Source: Terriglobia bacterium
GTDB lineage: Bacteria; Acidobacteriota; Terriglobia; JAJPHL01; JAPKYU01
Direction of reading: 5' to 3'
NCBI GenBank assembly: GCA_965206645.1
Contig: CBDBKE010000004.1
Span: 1,696,001 to 1,760,000 of the forward strand
DNA: 64,000 bases
The position numbers and the translations under genes are program-made. The notes beneath the pieces were generated by a model. The model saw only the letters and a list, made by a program, of their open reading frames with translations, did no database searches and had not been told where the DNA came from. Shown piece by piece: positions 39,519-49,930 of this stretch (position 1 is the stretch's first letter; each line of letters begins with the position of its first letter).

Positions 39519-41003
39519 CTAACTTCTGGAAAGTACGCGGGCGACGGCTTGCTTCCAGCCGGCGTAGAGTTCTTCGCGGCGCCCTGGGTCCAGGCGTGGA
39601 TCAAAGACGCGTTCCTGCTTCCATAGCGTTTCCAGTTCGTCAGTGGTTTCCCAGACGCCCACCGCCAGGCCGGCCAGGTAGGCGGCGCCCAGCGCGGTGG
39701 TTTCAGTGTAGGCGGGGCGAACGACGCGGGCGCCCAACAGGTCAGCCTGAAATTGGAGCAGGAAATCGTTGCGGGCTGCGGCGCCATCCACCCGCAGTTC
39801 GCGGATTTCGACCTGCGCGTCGCGCTGCATGGCTTCGACGAGGTCCCGGGTCTGGTAGGCGATGGACTCCAGCGTGGCGCGTGCGATGTGGGCGGCGGTG
39901 GTGCCGCGCGAAAGGCCCAGGATTGCCCCGCGAGCGTGCGGGTCCCAGTAAGGCGCTCCCAGACCCACAAACGCCGGCACCACGTAGACGCCACCGCTGG
40001 AGGCGACCGACTGCGCCAGCTCCCCGCTGGCAGCCGTGTCGGGAAACAGCCGCAGCGTGTCGCGCATCCAATCCAGTGCCGCGCCCGCCATGAACACGCT
40101 GCCTTCCAATGCATAGGCACGCTGGCCTGCCGGGGAGCAGGCTACGGTGGAAACCAGCCGGTGCCGGGACGGCACCGGCTGGCTGCCGGTGTGCAGCAGC
40201 AGGAAGGTGCCAGTGCCATAGGTGTTTTTCGCCATTCCCGTCCGGAAACAGGCTTGGCCGAAGAGCGCTGCTTGCTGGTCGCCGCCAATGCCGGCGATGG
40301 GAATGGGCGCTCCAAACCATTCCGGATCGCTTTCCCCGCACACCTCCGAGGAGCCGCGTACCGAGGGCAGCACTTCGGCGGGCACCTTGAGCATGTCCAG
40401 CAGGCGTTCGTCCCAGCGGCGCTCCTTGAGGTTAAACAGCAGAGTACGCGAGGCGTTCGAGGCATCGGTGGCGTGCAGGCGCCCCTTGGTCAGCTTGTAG
40501 AGCAGCCAGCAATCCACCGTGCCGAACAGCAGTTCTCCGCCGGCCGCGCGGTGACGCAGGCCGGGCATCGAGTCCAGCAGCCAGCGCAGCTTGGTGCCGG
40601 AGAAATAGGGATCGGCCAGCAGCCCGCTGCAACGCGTGAGTTCCGCCTCCCGCCCATCACGCCGCAATTGCTCGCACAGGTCCGCGGTGCGACGGTCCTG
40701 CCAGACAATGGCGGGGGCCACCGCGCGCCCGCTCTTGCGTTCCCAAAGCAAAGTGGTCTCGCGCTGGTTGCTAATGCCCAGCGCGGCCACCTCGCGCGCT
40801 TGGACGCCGGCGCTGGCCAGCGCCTGGCGGGCGGCTTCCAGCTGCGCCTCCCAGATTTGCTCGGCGGCCTGCTCGACCCACCCCTCGCGGGGATACCGGC
40901 ACTGGATGGGCCGGCTGGCGATGGCTCGTTGCGCTCCCTGCTCGTCAAACAGAATCGCCCGCGCGGTGGTCGTACCTTCGTCCAGTGCCAGTACGTAGCG
41001 CAT
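39519..41003 (-). CDS. glpK: Glycerol kinase
   Basis: ALDEGTTTAR, GISNQRET, IVWQDRRT, DPYFSGTK, GDQQAALFGQ, KNTYGTG, PAFVGLGAPYW. Confidence 0.96.
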   Translation of the reverse strand: MRYVLALDEGTTTARAILFDEQGAQRAIASRPIQCRYPREGWVEQAAEQIWEAQLEAARQALASAGVQAREVAALGISNQRETTLLWERKSGRAVAPAIVWQDRRTADLCEQLRRDGREAELTRCSGLLADPYFSGTKLRWLLDSMPGLRHRAAGGELLFGTVDCWLLYKLTKGRLHATDASNASRTLLFNLKERRWDERLLDMLKVPAEVLPSVRGSSEVCGESDPEWFGAPIPIAGIGGDQQAALFGQACFRTGMAKNTYGTGTFLLLHTGSQPVPSRHRLVSTVACSPAGQRAYALEGSVFMAGAALDWMRDTLRLFPDTAASGELAQSVASSGGVYVVPAFVGLGAPYWDPHARGAILGLSRGTTAAHIARATLESIAYQTRDLVEAMQRDAQVEIRELRVDGAAARNDFLLQFQADLLGARVVRPAYTETTALGAAYLAGLAVGVWETTDELETLWKQERVFDPRLDPGRREELYAGWKQAVARVLSRS

Positions 41004-41209
41004 GCGGGCGCTATCAAAGCATGTTTTGGCTGCCTCGTCCACCGCCCCGATGAGGAATCGCCTGCCCGCTGGTGGGCCTTTCGCTGACGCGCGCGGCTCG
41101 GAATCTTCCAACTGCCAGAACGCAAAGGGACTGCCGAGCGTCGCGCGAGTGCGTTTGCGCTTGATTGGCGCCTCGAAGGCGGTGGTCGCAACGCGGTGGA
41201 GAATTGCGG

Positions 41210-41500
41210 CTAGATCTCGTAGTCCACGGCCGCGACGGATTCGCAGCATGGCCGGACCCGCTCGCCCACCGACACATGGTTGGGGTGCTTCTGGTAGCGG
41301 GCCAGCGCAGCTCGGTCCTCGAAGCCGAAGACGAGCGCGACGTCGTAGGAGCGCGGCGACTTCTGGAAGTCTTCTCCAACTTCCGGCTTGAGAATCCCCG
41401 GAACCCGTTCCGGCAGAGCTTTCAGGCGAGCGACGATGTCGGCCCGATCGGCCTCGTTCACATCCGCTTTGAACTTGAAGAACACGACGTGGCGAACCAA
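41210..41500 (-). CDS. Dabb (stress-responsive A/B barrel) protein
   Basis: VRHVVFFKFK, LPERVPGI, LARYQKHPNH, AAVDYE; TTG start after GGAGG. Confidence 0.88.
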   Translation of the reverse strand: MVRHVVFFKFKADVNEADRADIVARLKALPERVPGILKPEVGEDFQKSPRSYDVALVFGFEDRAALARYQKHPNHVSVGERVRPCCESVAAVDYEI

Positions 41501-41629
41501 GAGCACCTCCCGTAAATTGTGGCGGCAAATTGTGGCAGGGCTGACTGCTCGACCTCCCGCGAGCAAGAGGCTACATTCTACCTGCCTTGTTTCGAAACAA
41601 ATTGGGTCTGGCAGCCGCGCGCGCAGGCT

Positions 41630-42115
41630 TCAGCGGGTGTACTGGGTCGGGTGCGGACCTTCCTCTAGTATCTGACGGTCCCAGATGGCGCCCTCGCGGG
41701 TGTAGTTGGCCAGCTCAAAGTCCTGGGTCAATTCCAGCGCATCGGTTGGGCAGGCGTCTTCGCAGAGGCCGCAGAACATGCAGCGGGAGGTGTCGTAGAT
41801 GAAGGTCGTCAGCAGCTTACGTCCCTTGCCACCCTCGCGATGCCAGCCCACTACGATCAGGTTCTCTGGGCAGGCCAGCGCGCACAGGTCGCAGGCGATG
41901 CACAGCGTCTCGCCATTCTCCGGGCTGATGTTCAGCCGCGGCGCTCCGCGATAGCGCTCCGCCACCTCCGGCCGAACCTTCGGATACTCTTCGGTGCAGA
42001 TGTTCTTCGGGTGCTGGTAGCGGAAGGTGACCGCCAGACCCTTCAGCAGGTCCACCATGAAAATCTTCCGCAGCCACTCGGAGAGGCGGAAGCCGTTGGT
42101 GAGCTTTTCGGCCAT
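41630..42115 (-). CDS. nuoI: NADH-quinone oxidoreductase subunit I (stand-alone)
   Basis: LLKGLAVTF, TEEYP, RYRG, CIACDLCALACP and CMFCGLCEDACP. Confidence 0.88.
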   Translation of the reverse strand: MAEKLTNGFRLSEWLRKIFMVDLLKGLAVTFRYQHPKNICTEEYPKVRPEVAERYRGAPRLNISPENGETLCIACDLCALACPENLIVVGWHREGGKGRKLLTTFIYDTSRCMFCGLCEDACPTDALELTQDFELANYTREGAIWDRQILEEGPHPTQYTR

Positions 42116-42210
42116 TACTAACCTGCTCTAGTATGCAATGGAAACGCTGCTGACGCAAGTATGCACTATCAGATGAGCCCGCCATTGGCCAAAGGTGAGG
42201 AAGCAGTCCG

Positions 42211-44109
42211 TCAAGCGCGGACTTCCTGATCCCTGTATTGCAACTGGTAGAGCTTCCAATAGATGCCGCGGACGGCGAGCAACTCCTGGTGGGTGCCGGA
42301 CTCGCGCAGCCGCCCCTTGTGCATCACCAGAATGCAGGCGGCGCGCTGCACGGTGGAAAGCCGGTGGGCGATGATGATCGAGGTGCGGCCCATCACCATG
42401 CGGTCGAGCGCCTCGCGCACCCGTATTTCGGTTTCCGTATCCACACTGGAGGTGGCCTCGTCCAGCACCAGGATTCGCGGGCGATGCGCCAGCGCGCGGG
42501 CGAAGCTGATGAGCTGCTTCTGGCCGGTTGACAACGTCGCCCCCCGCTCGCGGACCTCCTCGTGGAAGCCGCCGGGCAGCGAGCGGATGAAATCCGCCAG
42601 GTTCACCTGTTCGACAGCCTCTTCCAGGTCGCCCAGCTCCAGATGTTCGCTGCCCAGACGGATGTTGCGCTCCACGGTGCCGGAGAACAGGAACGGGTCC
42701 TGCAGCACGACGCCGAACAGGCGGCGCAGCTCGGTCAGCTCCAACTGGCGAAGATCCACGCCGTCCAGCAGAATCTGGCCGCGCTGCACGTCGTAGAATC
42801 GCAGCAGCAGGCTGCTCAGGGTGGTCTTACCCGCGCCGGTGTGCCCGACAATGGCCACCGTTTCGCCCGGAGCAATGGTGAAGGAAACATCCTTTAGCAC
42901 CCACTCCGGCTCGGCGGGCGGGTTCCCGTCGCCCGCCGGCACCTTTTCCGATCGCCGGCTGGGCGCGCCCCGGTAGGCAAACCAGACGTTGCGGAACTCG
43001 ATTCGTCCCTTTACGTGGTCCAGTCGGACAGGAGTGGCCGGCGAGGTCACCTCCACGGGAGTATCCAGCAATTTGAAGACGCGCTCGGCGCTGGCCATGG
43101 CCCCTTGCAGGATGTTGTACTTCTCGCTCAAATCCATGATCGGCCGGTAGAAGCGCTGCGCATACTGGATGAACGCCACCACCACCCCCAGCGTCAGCGT
43201 CTCGTCCAGCACTCGCAGCCCGCCGTACCACAGAACTAGTCCGATGGCCACGGCGCTCAGGATTTCCACCGTCGGGTAGAACAGGGCGTGGGCGAAGATG
43301 GCGTCCTTGAAAGCCCCCATGTGCCGCCGATTGACTGTCTTGAATTCCCGGAAGCTTTTCTCCTCCCGGTTAAACAGTTGCACCACGGCCATGCCGCTGA
43401 TGTGTTCCTGCAGATACGCATTGATGCGCGCGATGGCGGTGCGGATCCGCCGGTAGGAATCGCGCACCCGCTTGCGAAACAGCGCCGTGGCCAGCGCGAT
43501 CAGGGGCAGCACGGCGAAGGTGACCAGGGCCAGGGGCGCATTCATCCACAGCATAACCACCATGATCGCTGTCAGCGTGAAGCAGTCGCCGAAGATGGCG
43601 ATCACACCCGAGGCGAACATTTCGTTAAGGGCGTCAATGTCGGTCGTCAGCCGGGTCACCAGCCGCCCGACCGGATTGCGGTCAAAGAAGCCCACGTGCA
43701 GCCGTTGCAGGTGGCTGAAAATCTGCATCCGCAGGTCAAACATCGCCTTCTGTCCGGCCAGCTGCATCGTATAGGTCTGCAAGAACTCGACGGCAAAGGA
43801 GGTCACCAGAACCAGGATGTAGAGGATGGCAATCTGGGTGAGGCCGCGGAAGGTGTCAGGGCTCAGGTAGGCGTCCAGGAAGGTGAGGCGTTGGCCGGAC
43901 GACTCGGTCAGGTAGCGGTCCACCGCCACCTTCGTTAGAAAAGGCCCGACCGCCTGCAAGACGGCGTGCACCAGGATGGCGCCCAGGGCCAGCGCCGCCA
44001 GGAAGACGTAGGGGCGCAGGTAGCGCAGCAGGCGCTTCATCAGGCGCGCGTCGTACGCCTTGCCCAGGACCTCTTCTTCGTGGTGGCCGCTCATTTCAGA
44101 TTGGCTCAT
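42211..44109 (-). CDS. ABC exporter fused permease/ATPase (MdlB/YheH-like half)
   Basis: EEEVLGKAYDARL, TM domain, GHTGAGKT, LSTGQKQ, ILVLDEATS. Confidence 0.93.
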   Translation of the reverse strand: MSQSEMSGHHEEEVLGKAYDARLMKRLLRYLRPYVFLAALALGAILVHAVLQAVGPFLTKVAVDRYLTESSGQRLTFLDAYLSPDTFRGLTQIAILYILVLVTSFAVEFLQTYTMQLAGQKAMFDLRMQIFSHLQRLHVGFFDRNPVGRLVTRLTTDIDALNEMFASGVIAIFGDCFTLTAIMVVMLWMNAPLALVTFAVLPLIALATALFRKRVRDSYRRIRTAIARINAYLQEHISGMAVVQLFNREEKSFREFKTVNRRHMGAFKDAIFAHALFYPTVEILSAVAIGLVLWYGGLRVLDETLTLGVVVAFIQYAQRFYRPIMDLSEKYNILQGAMASAERVFKLLDTPVEVTSPATPVRLDHVKGRIEFRNVWFAYRGAPSRRSEKVPAGDGNPPAEPEWVLKDVSFTIAPGETVAIVGHTGAGKTTLSSLLLRFYDVQRGQILLDGVDLRQLELTELRRLFGVVLQDPFLFSGTVERNIRLGSEHLELGDLEEAVEQVNLADFIRSLPGGFHEEVRERGATLSTGQKQLISFARALAHRPRILVLDEATSSVDTETEIRVREALDRMVMGRTSIIIAHRLSTVQRAACILVMHKGRLRESGTHQELLAVRGIYWKLYQLQYRDQEVRA

Positions 44110-44181
44110 TGCCCATTGGACGATTGAGGATTTTCGTCAATGCCCCCGTCAATAACCCAATGATTCAAACGTTCATTGATA

Positions 44182-45936
44182 CTATGCTTTCTCTAGTTCC
44201 TCCTCGAGCAGTTGCTTCTGATAAAGATCGGCGTAATAGCCGCCACGCGCCAGCAATTCGTCGTGGGTGCCGCCCTCGACGATTTCCCCCTGCTCCAGCA
44301 CCACGATCCAGTCGGCGGCGCGGACGGTGGAGACGCGGTGGGAAATCAGAATGGAGGTCCGCCCCCGCATCATTTCTGCCAGCCGAGTCAGGATGCGCTC
44401 CTCGGTGTAGGTGTCCACGCTGGACAGCGCGTCGTCCAGCACCAGAATGCGGGGGTCGCGCACCAGGGCGCGGGCGATGGCGGTGCGCTGCTTCTGTCCG
44501 CCGCTCAGGGTGATGCCGCGCTCGCCGACCAGCGTCTGGAACTTCTCCGGAAACTCCTCGACGTCGGGCAGCAGCCCGGCGACTTCGGCTGCCCAGCGCA
44601 CGCTGGCATCCTCAGCTTCCGGGGCCCCGAAGGCGATGTTCTCCCGGAGAGTGTCGCTGAACAGGAACGTCTCCTGAGGCACGAAGCCGATTTGGCGCCG
44701 CAGCGCTTCCAGCGACCACTGGCGGATGTCTACGCCGTCCAGCAGCACGGTGCCTGGCGGGGCATCGAACAGACGAGGGATCAAGTTCACCAGCGTGGTC
44801 TTGCCCGAGCCGGTGTGGCCGACGACGGCCACGGTCTGGCCGGCGGGGATCCGCAGGTTCACGTTGCGCAACACTGGCCGGCCGTCGTAGGCGAAGCTCA
44901 AGTTGCGGAACTCAATCTCGCCGTGAATCTCGCCCAGCCGCGCCGGTTCTGCGGGGGAAGCGATTTCGACCGGCTCTTCCAGGATTTGGCGGATGCGCCC
45001 GGTGGATGCAGCGCCGCGCTCGGCCAGATTGACCACCCAGCCCAGCGCGATCATCGGCCAGGTGAGCTGCACCAGGTAGACGTTGAAGGCCACAAACGAG
45101 CCGAGCGAGATGCGCTCCGCGTCGACCGCCAGCCCGCCCATCCATAGCACGATCACGAACGCCAGCCCGATCAGCACCTGCAGCAGCGGATAAAACATCC
45201 CCCATAACTTGACCAGCCCGATGTTGTGCCTGACGAACTCCTGACTGGCTGCGCGGAACTGGGCGATTTCGGCCTCCTCCTGCGCATACGCCTTCACCAC
45301 CCGCATGCCGGAGAGGTTCTCCTGCACGCGGGCGCTCAGCTCGCTGAACATGGCCTGGATGCGCTCAAAGCGGTCGTGGATACGCCGGCCGAAGTAGATC
45401 ACCGCCAGGGTGACGGCCGGAACCGGCGTGAACGCCATCAAGGTCAGCCGCCAGTCCAGCCGCAGCATGATGGCCATCGCGAAGACCATCACCATCAGGG
45501 TGTTGGCCGAATACATGATGCCGGGGCCGAGCAGCATGCGGGCGGCGTTCAGGTCGTTGGTGGCCCGCGCCATGATGTCGCCGGTACGGTTGCGGTGGTA
45601 GTAGGCGAGCGAGAGGCGCTCCAGGTGGCGGAACAGGTCGTTGCGCAGGTCGTACTCGATGTCGCGAGAGATGCCAATCAAGATCCAACGCATCCAGTAT
45701 TGGAAGAAGCCCTTGGCGCAGGCGACCCCGATCAGCGCCAGCGCGTAGAACATCAGCTTCTCATGGGGCAGCGATTGGGTTTGGGTCAGGCTGTCAACGG
45801 CTGCCTTCAGCAGCAGCGGCATGGCCAGCCAAGCGACGTTGTTAGCCACCAGAGCCAGCGCGCCTGGCACGTAGCGCCAGCGGTAGCGTCGCAGGTAGGG
45901 GAACAGTAGCCGGACGGCTTCAATCTTGCGTTTCAT
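44182..45936 (-). CDS. ABC exporter fused permease/ATPase (MdlA/YheI-like half)
   Basis: TGDIMARATNDL, GHTGSGKT, LSGGQKQR, degenerate Walker B ILVLDDALS. Confidence 0.93.
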   Translation of the reverse strand: MKRKIEAVRLLFPYLRRYRWRYVPGALALVANNVAWLAMPLLLKAAVDSLTQTQSLPHEKLMFYALALIGVACAKGFFQYWMRWILIGISRDIEYDLRNDLFRHLERLSLAYYHRNRTGDIMARATNDLNAARMLLGPGIMYSANTLMVMVFAMAIMLRLDWRLTLMAFTPVPAVTLAVIYFGRRIHDRFERIQAMFSELSARVQENLSGMRVVKAYAQEEAEIAQFRAASQEFVRHNIGLVKLWGMFYPLLQVLIGLAFVIVLWMGGLAVDAERISLGSFVAFNVYLVQLTWPMIALGWVVNLAERGAASTGRIRQILEEPVEIASPAEPARLGEIHGEIEFRNLSFAYDGRPVLRNVNLRIPAGQTVAVVGHTGSGKTTLVNLIPRLFDAPPGTVLLDGVDIRQWSLEALRRQIGFVPQETFLFSDTLRENIAFGAPEAEDASVRWAAEVAGLLPDVEEFPEKFQTLVGERGITLSGGQKQRTAIARALVRDPRILVLDDALSSVDTYTEERILTRLAEMMRGRTSILISHRVSTVRAADWIVVLEQGEIVEGGTHDELLARGGYYADLYQKQLLEEELEKA

Positions 45937-46180
45937 CCCGCCCTCAAAAGAAAAAGTATACCGTAGCGACAGGCATTCTTGCCTGTTGGCGTCGAACCTA
46001 CCGTGGAAACTGCCGGGCCGGGGGCTAGCCTCTCCGGGCATGTCTCGGCATGCTTTGCGTGCTCAGCTGTCCGTGAATGGCGGCATCCTGCTTTGGAGCG
46101 CTGCACCAACGTCGTTCGGAGTTCGTGCTAACATACATACGGAGAATGTTTTTCTGAGCACGGCAAGAGGCGTGGTGGGG

Positions 46181-47137
46181 TTGTCCGAGGCGATTGCTAT
46201 CCCGGAGAATCAAGCGCCGCCGGGCCCGGTGGCCGGGCGGCGCATCGGCATTCATACGTCCATCGCGGGCGCGCTCTCAAGATCCGCCGAACGCGCTCAC
46301 CACCTCGGTTGCAACACGTTCCGGATTTTCTCCTCCAGCCCCCGCCAATGGAAGCAGTCACGAGTGGATCCGGCCGAAGCGCGCTCCCTGTGGCGGTTGC
46401 GCGAAACCTATGACCTCTATCCGCTGGTCATTCATGACAACTACCTAATCCACCTGGCCTCGTCGGACCCGCGGATTCGCCAGAAATCCATTGAAGCCTT
46501 CCGCGGGGAACTGGAGCGCGCCGTGACCCTGGGTGCAGAATACCTGGTCACGCATCCGGGAAGCGCGGGCAATAGCGACCGCCGCGGTGCCCTTCTTCGG
46601 TTCATCACAGGACTGGAAGAGGCAGCACAGGGAAGAAAAAGGGGCCGGTTGCGCGTGTTGCTTGAGAACACCGCCGGGGGCGGAGGCACGCTGGGATCCG
46701 ACTTCGAGGAGCTACGCACCATCCTGGAGTTGACCGACAGTGTGCCCCTCGGCTGCTGCCTGGACACGGCGCATTGTTACCAGGCCGGCTTCGACCTCTC
46801 CACGGCGAAAGGCCTGGCTGACCTGCAGGCCCGCGTGGAGCGGACCGTGGGCCTGGACTCGGTCCGCGTTGTCCACACGAACGACTCGCGCACCGCGCTC
46901 GGCTCGCGCGCGGACCGCCACGAGCACATCGGATGCGGCGGCATCGGCCTGGCCGGGTTCCGCCGCATCCTGAACCACCCGCGGTTGCGCAACAAAGCCT
47001 TCATCCTGGAGACCCCAATCGAGCGGGAAGGCGACGATCTGCGGAACCTGCAAACCGTGCGCCGCCTGGTCCGGCTGGGAAAAGACAACACGAAGACACA
47101 AAGCCGCAAAGTTCATAAAGGAGGGCTCCGGAATTGA
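46181..47137 (+). CDS. nfo: Endonuclease IV (AP endonuclease)
   Basis: IGIHTSIAG, HDNYLI, HPGS, LLENTAG, CLDTAH, HTNDS, DRHEHIG, ILETP; start uncertain. Confidence 0.93.
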   Translation: MSEAIAIPENQAPPGPVAGRRIGIHTSIAGALSRSAERAHHLGCNTFRIFSSSPRQWKQSRVDPAEARSLWRLRETYDLYPLVIHDNYLIHLASSDPRIRQKSIEAFRGELERAVTLGAEYLVTHPGSAGNSDRRGALLRFITGLEEAAQGRKRGRLRVLLENTAGGGGTLGSDFEELRTILELTDSVPLGCCLDTAHCYQAGFDLSTAKGLADLQARVERTVGLDSVRVVHTNDSRTALGSRADRHEHIGCGGIGLAGFRRILNHPRLRNKAFILETPIEREGDDLRNLQTVRRLVRLGKDNTKTQSRKVHKGGLRN

Positions 47138-47236
47138 GCTGGAGTACGTCTGCAGATTGCGCAGATTACGATAAGGCCTGCGTGCCCAGTTCTTGCGAAA
47201 TCTGCGGATAGGCGAGCACGGTTTCACAAAACGCGC

Positions 47237-49756
47237 ATGGCAGAGCGAGACTATAACCCGCAGGAAATCGAGCCCAAGTGGCAAAAGCTGTTTGAACAGG
47301 AAAACCTGTACCGGGCCGAGCCAGACCCCAGCCGGCCGAAGTACTACGTGCTGGAGATGCTGCCCTACCCCTCGGGCACACTCCACATGGGGCACGTGCG
47401 CAACTACTCGATCGGCGACGCACTAGCGCGCTACAAGTGGATGCGCGGCCATAACGTGCTGCATCCGATGGGATGGGACGCCTTCGGGCTGCCGGCGGAA
47501 AACGCGGCCATCCAAAACCAGACCCACCCCCGCAACTGGACGCGCGCCAACATCACGTCCATGAAGCAGCAGTTACGCCGGTTCGGGTTTGCTTACGACT
47601 GGAGTAAGGAAATCTCCACCTGCGAGCCGGAATATTACCGCTGGAACCAGTGGTTTTTCCTTCGCATGTATGAGCGCGGCCTGGCCTACCGCAAGCACAG
47701 CCGGGTGAACTGGTGTCCGAAGTGCCAGACGGTGCTGGCCAACGAGCAGGTCAGGGATGGCAACTGCTGGCGCCACGAAGACACCGCAGTCGGCGAGAAA
47801 GAACTGGAGCAGTGGTTCCTGCGCATCACCGACTACGCAGACCAGTTACTGGAAGATGTCGGCAAGCTGAAGCGCTGGCCCGAAAAGGTGCTGACCATGC
47901 AGCGCAACTGGATCGGCCGCTCGGTGGGCGCCCAGATCCAGTTCCGGCTGGCGGACGATCAGGAGACCGCCATCGAAATCTTCACCACCCGCCTGGACAC
48001 GATCTACGGCGCCACCGCGGTGCTGCTGGCCCCTGAACATCCCCTGGTGGAAAAGCTGATCGGCAACACCCCGTGGAGCGCAGGCATGAGAGCCCAGGCG
48101 CAGAAGCTAGTTGCCAGTCGCGGCGAGGGGGAAGGCGAGTTTGAGAAAGAAGGCGTCTTCACTGGGAAATTTGCGGTCAACCCCTTCAACGAGGAGCAGC
48201 TGCCAATCTGGATCGGCAATTTCGTGCTGATGGGGTACGGCACCGGGGCCATCATGGCCGTTCCAGCGCACGATCAGCGCGACTACGAGTTTTGCACCAA
48301 ATACCGCATTCCCGTCCGAACGGTGATTTTCCCGCTGGAAGGGCAACCCCGGGAAGGCGCGGCCTTCATTGACTACGGGCGACTGGTGGAATCGGGCGAG
48401 TTCAGCGGGCACACCTCAGAGCAGGCCATCCGGCGGATGACCGAGCACGTCGAGCGGCACGGGTTCGGCAAAGGCACCATCACCTACCGGCTCCGCGACT
48501 GGGGCATCTCCCGCCAGCGCTACTGGGGGACCCCCATCCCCATCATTTACTGCCCAAGCTGCGGCACCGTTCCGGTGCCTGACGAGCAACTGCCGGTGGT
48601 GCTGCCGCTGGACGTGACCGTCACCGGGACGGGGGGATCGCCACTGGCGCGGGTCGACGAATTTGCCCGCACCAACTGTCCGCGCTGCTCCGGCCCGGCA
48701 CGCCGCGAGACCGATACGATGGACACCTTCGTGGATTCGTCCTGGTACTTTTACCGCTATACCAACCCGGCGGAAGCCGATGGGCCCGTAGACCCACGTG
48801 CAGTCAGCTACTGGTTCCCGATCGATCAGTACATCGGCGGTGTCGAGCACGCCATCCTGCACCTGATCTACTCCCGTTTCTGGGCGAAGATGATGCGCGA
48901 TCTGGGGTTGGTGCCCCACGATGAGCCGGTGGAACGGCTCTTCACCCAGGGCATGGTCATCCGCGAAGGCGCCAAGATGTCCAAGTCGAAGGGCAACGTC
49001 GTGGACCCGGACGTGATGGTGGCCCGTTACGGCGCAGATGCCACCCGCCTCTACACGATGTTCGCCGCTCCGCCGGCCAAAGACCTGGACTGGAACGAGT
49101 CAGGCATCGAGGGCATCGACCGTTTCATGCAGCGGGCCTACCGCTTCGCGGTGCGCAACGCCAGCAAGGCCTGCGGCGGCCAAGTTTCTCGGCAAGTTCC
49201 CGCCACTTCCAAAGTCAGGCGTGCCCGCGACGACGGCAATCCGGTCGCCGCGGTGCAAACTGCCGCCGACCGGGCCACGCAGCGCCGGCTCCATCAGACC
49301 ATCCGGCGCATCACCGACGACTTCGAGGAGCGCTGGCACTTCAACACTTCCATCGCCGCGCTGATGGAACTGTTGAACGAACTATATGCCTCCGAGGAAC
49401 AGCTTTCCCCCGCCGTGTTGCGCGAAGCCCTCGAAAGCTTTGTGCTGCTGCTGGCGCCTTTCGCTCCCTACCTGGCGCAGGAACTGCGGAGTATACTGGG
49501 GCACGACGGCTTGCTCCTGCGGGAGTCCTGGCCCAGCTACAACGCCGAGCTGGCCAGGGAGGAGGAGTTCGAAATCGTGGTGCAGGTGAATGGACGCTTG
49601 CGCAGCCGCCTGGTCGCGGCAGCCGGCACCAGCCAGGAGGAGATTGAACAGCGGGCCCTGGCTGACCCCCGCGTGGCCCAGTTCATGGTCGGCAAGCAAC
49701 TGGTCCGGACCATTGTAGTCCCCAATAAGCTGGTGAACATCGTGGTGCGCGGATGA
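47237..49756 (+). CDS. leuS: Leucine--tRNA ligase
   Basis: MLPYPSGTLHMGH (HIGH), WDAFGLPAENAA, GTGAIMAVPAHDQRD, KMSKS. Confidence 0.98.
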   Translation: MAERDYNPQEIEPKWQKLFEQENLYRAEPDPSRPKYYVLEMLPYPSGTLHMGHVRNYSIGDALARYKWMRGHNVLHPMGWDAFGLPAENAAIQNQTHPRNWTRANITSMKQQLRRFGFAYDWSKEISTCEPEYYRWNQWFFLRMYERGLAYRKHSRVNWCPKCQTVLANEQVRDGNCWRHEDTAVGEKELEQWFLRITDYADQLLEDVGKLKRWPEKVLTMQRNWIGRSVGAQIQFRLADDQETAIEIFTTRLDTIYGATAVLLAPEHPLVEKLIGNTPWSAGMRAQAQKLVASRGEGEGEFEKEGVFTGKFAVNPFNEEQLPIWIGNFVLMGYGTGAIMAVPAHDQRDYEFCTKYRIPVRTVIFPLEGQPREGAAFIDYGRLVESGEFSGHTSEQAIRRMTEHVERHGFGKGTITYRLRDWGISRQRYWGTPIPIIYCPSCGTVPVPDEQLPVVLPLDVTVTGTGGSPLARVDEFARTNCPRCSGPARRETDTMDTFVDSSWYFYRYTNPAEADGPVDPRAVSYWFPIDQYIGGVEHAILHLIYSRFWAKMMRDLGLVPHDEPVERLFTQGMVIREGAKMSKSKGNVVDPDVMVARYGADATRLYTMFAAPPAKDLDWNESGIEGIDRFMQRAYRFAVRNASKACGGQVSRQVPATSKVRRARDDGNPVAAVQTAADRATQRRLHQTIRRITDDFEERWHFNTSIAALMELLNELYASEEQLSPAVLREALESFVLLLAPFAPYLAQELRSILGHDGLLLRESWPSYNAELAREEEFEIVVQVNGRLRSRLVAAAGTSQEEIEQRALADPRVAQFMVGKQLVRTIVVPNKLVNIVVRG

Positions 49757-49865
49757 AGATCGCCTGCCCGGGAATCCCTGCTTGGAAATCAAGGAAATCG
49801 AATATTGAGAAACGGAGCAGGTGAAGAGCAAGGTCCCAGGCGACCACCTCACGGCCGCTCCCCCA

Positions 49866-49909
49866 ATTTCTAGGCCATTTTCTAGGCTATTTTCTAGACC
49901 GTTTTCTGG
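49866..49909. repeat. Imperfect 11-bp tandem repeat (ATTTTCTAGGC) x4
   Basis: aatttctaggc cattttctaggc tattttctagac cgttttctgga. Confidence 0.6.
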
Positions 49910-49930
49910 ATCGGGGTCGCTTCGAACGTC

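Noticed and set aside
41004-41528. N-terminal extension of GlpK
   Set aside because: Overlaps the Dabb gene in another frame; the GlpK motif starts at 41003
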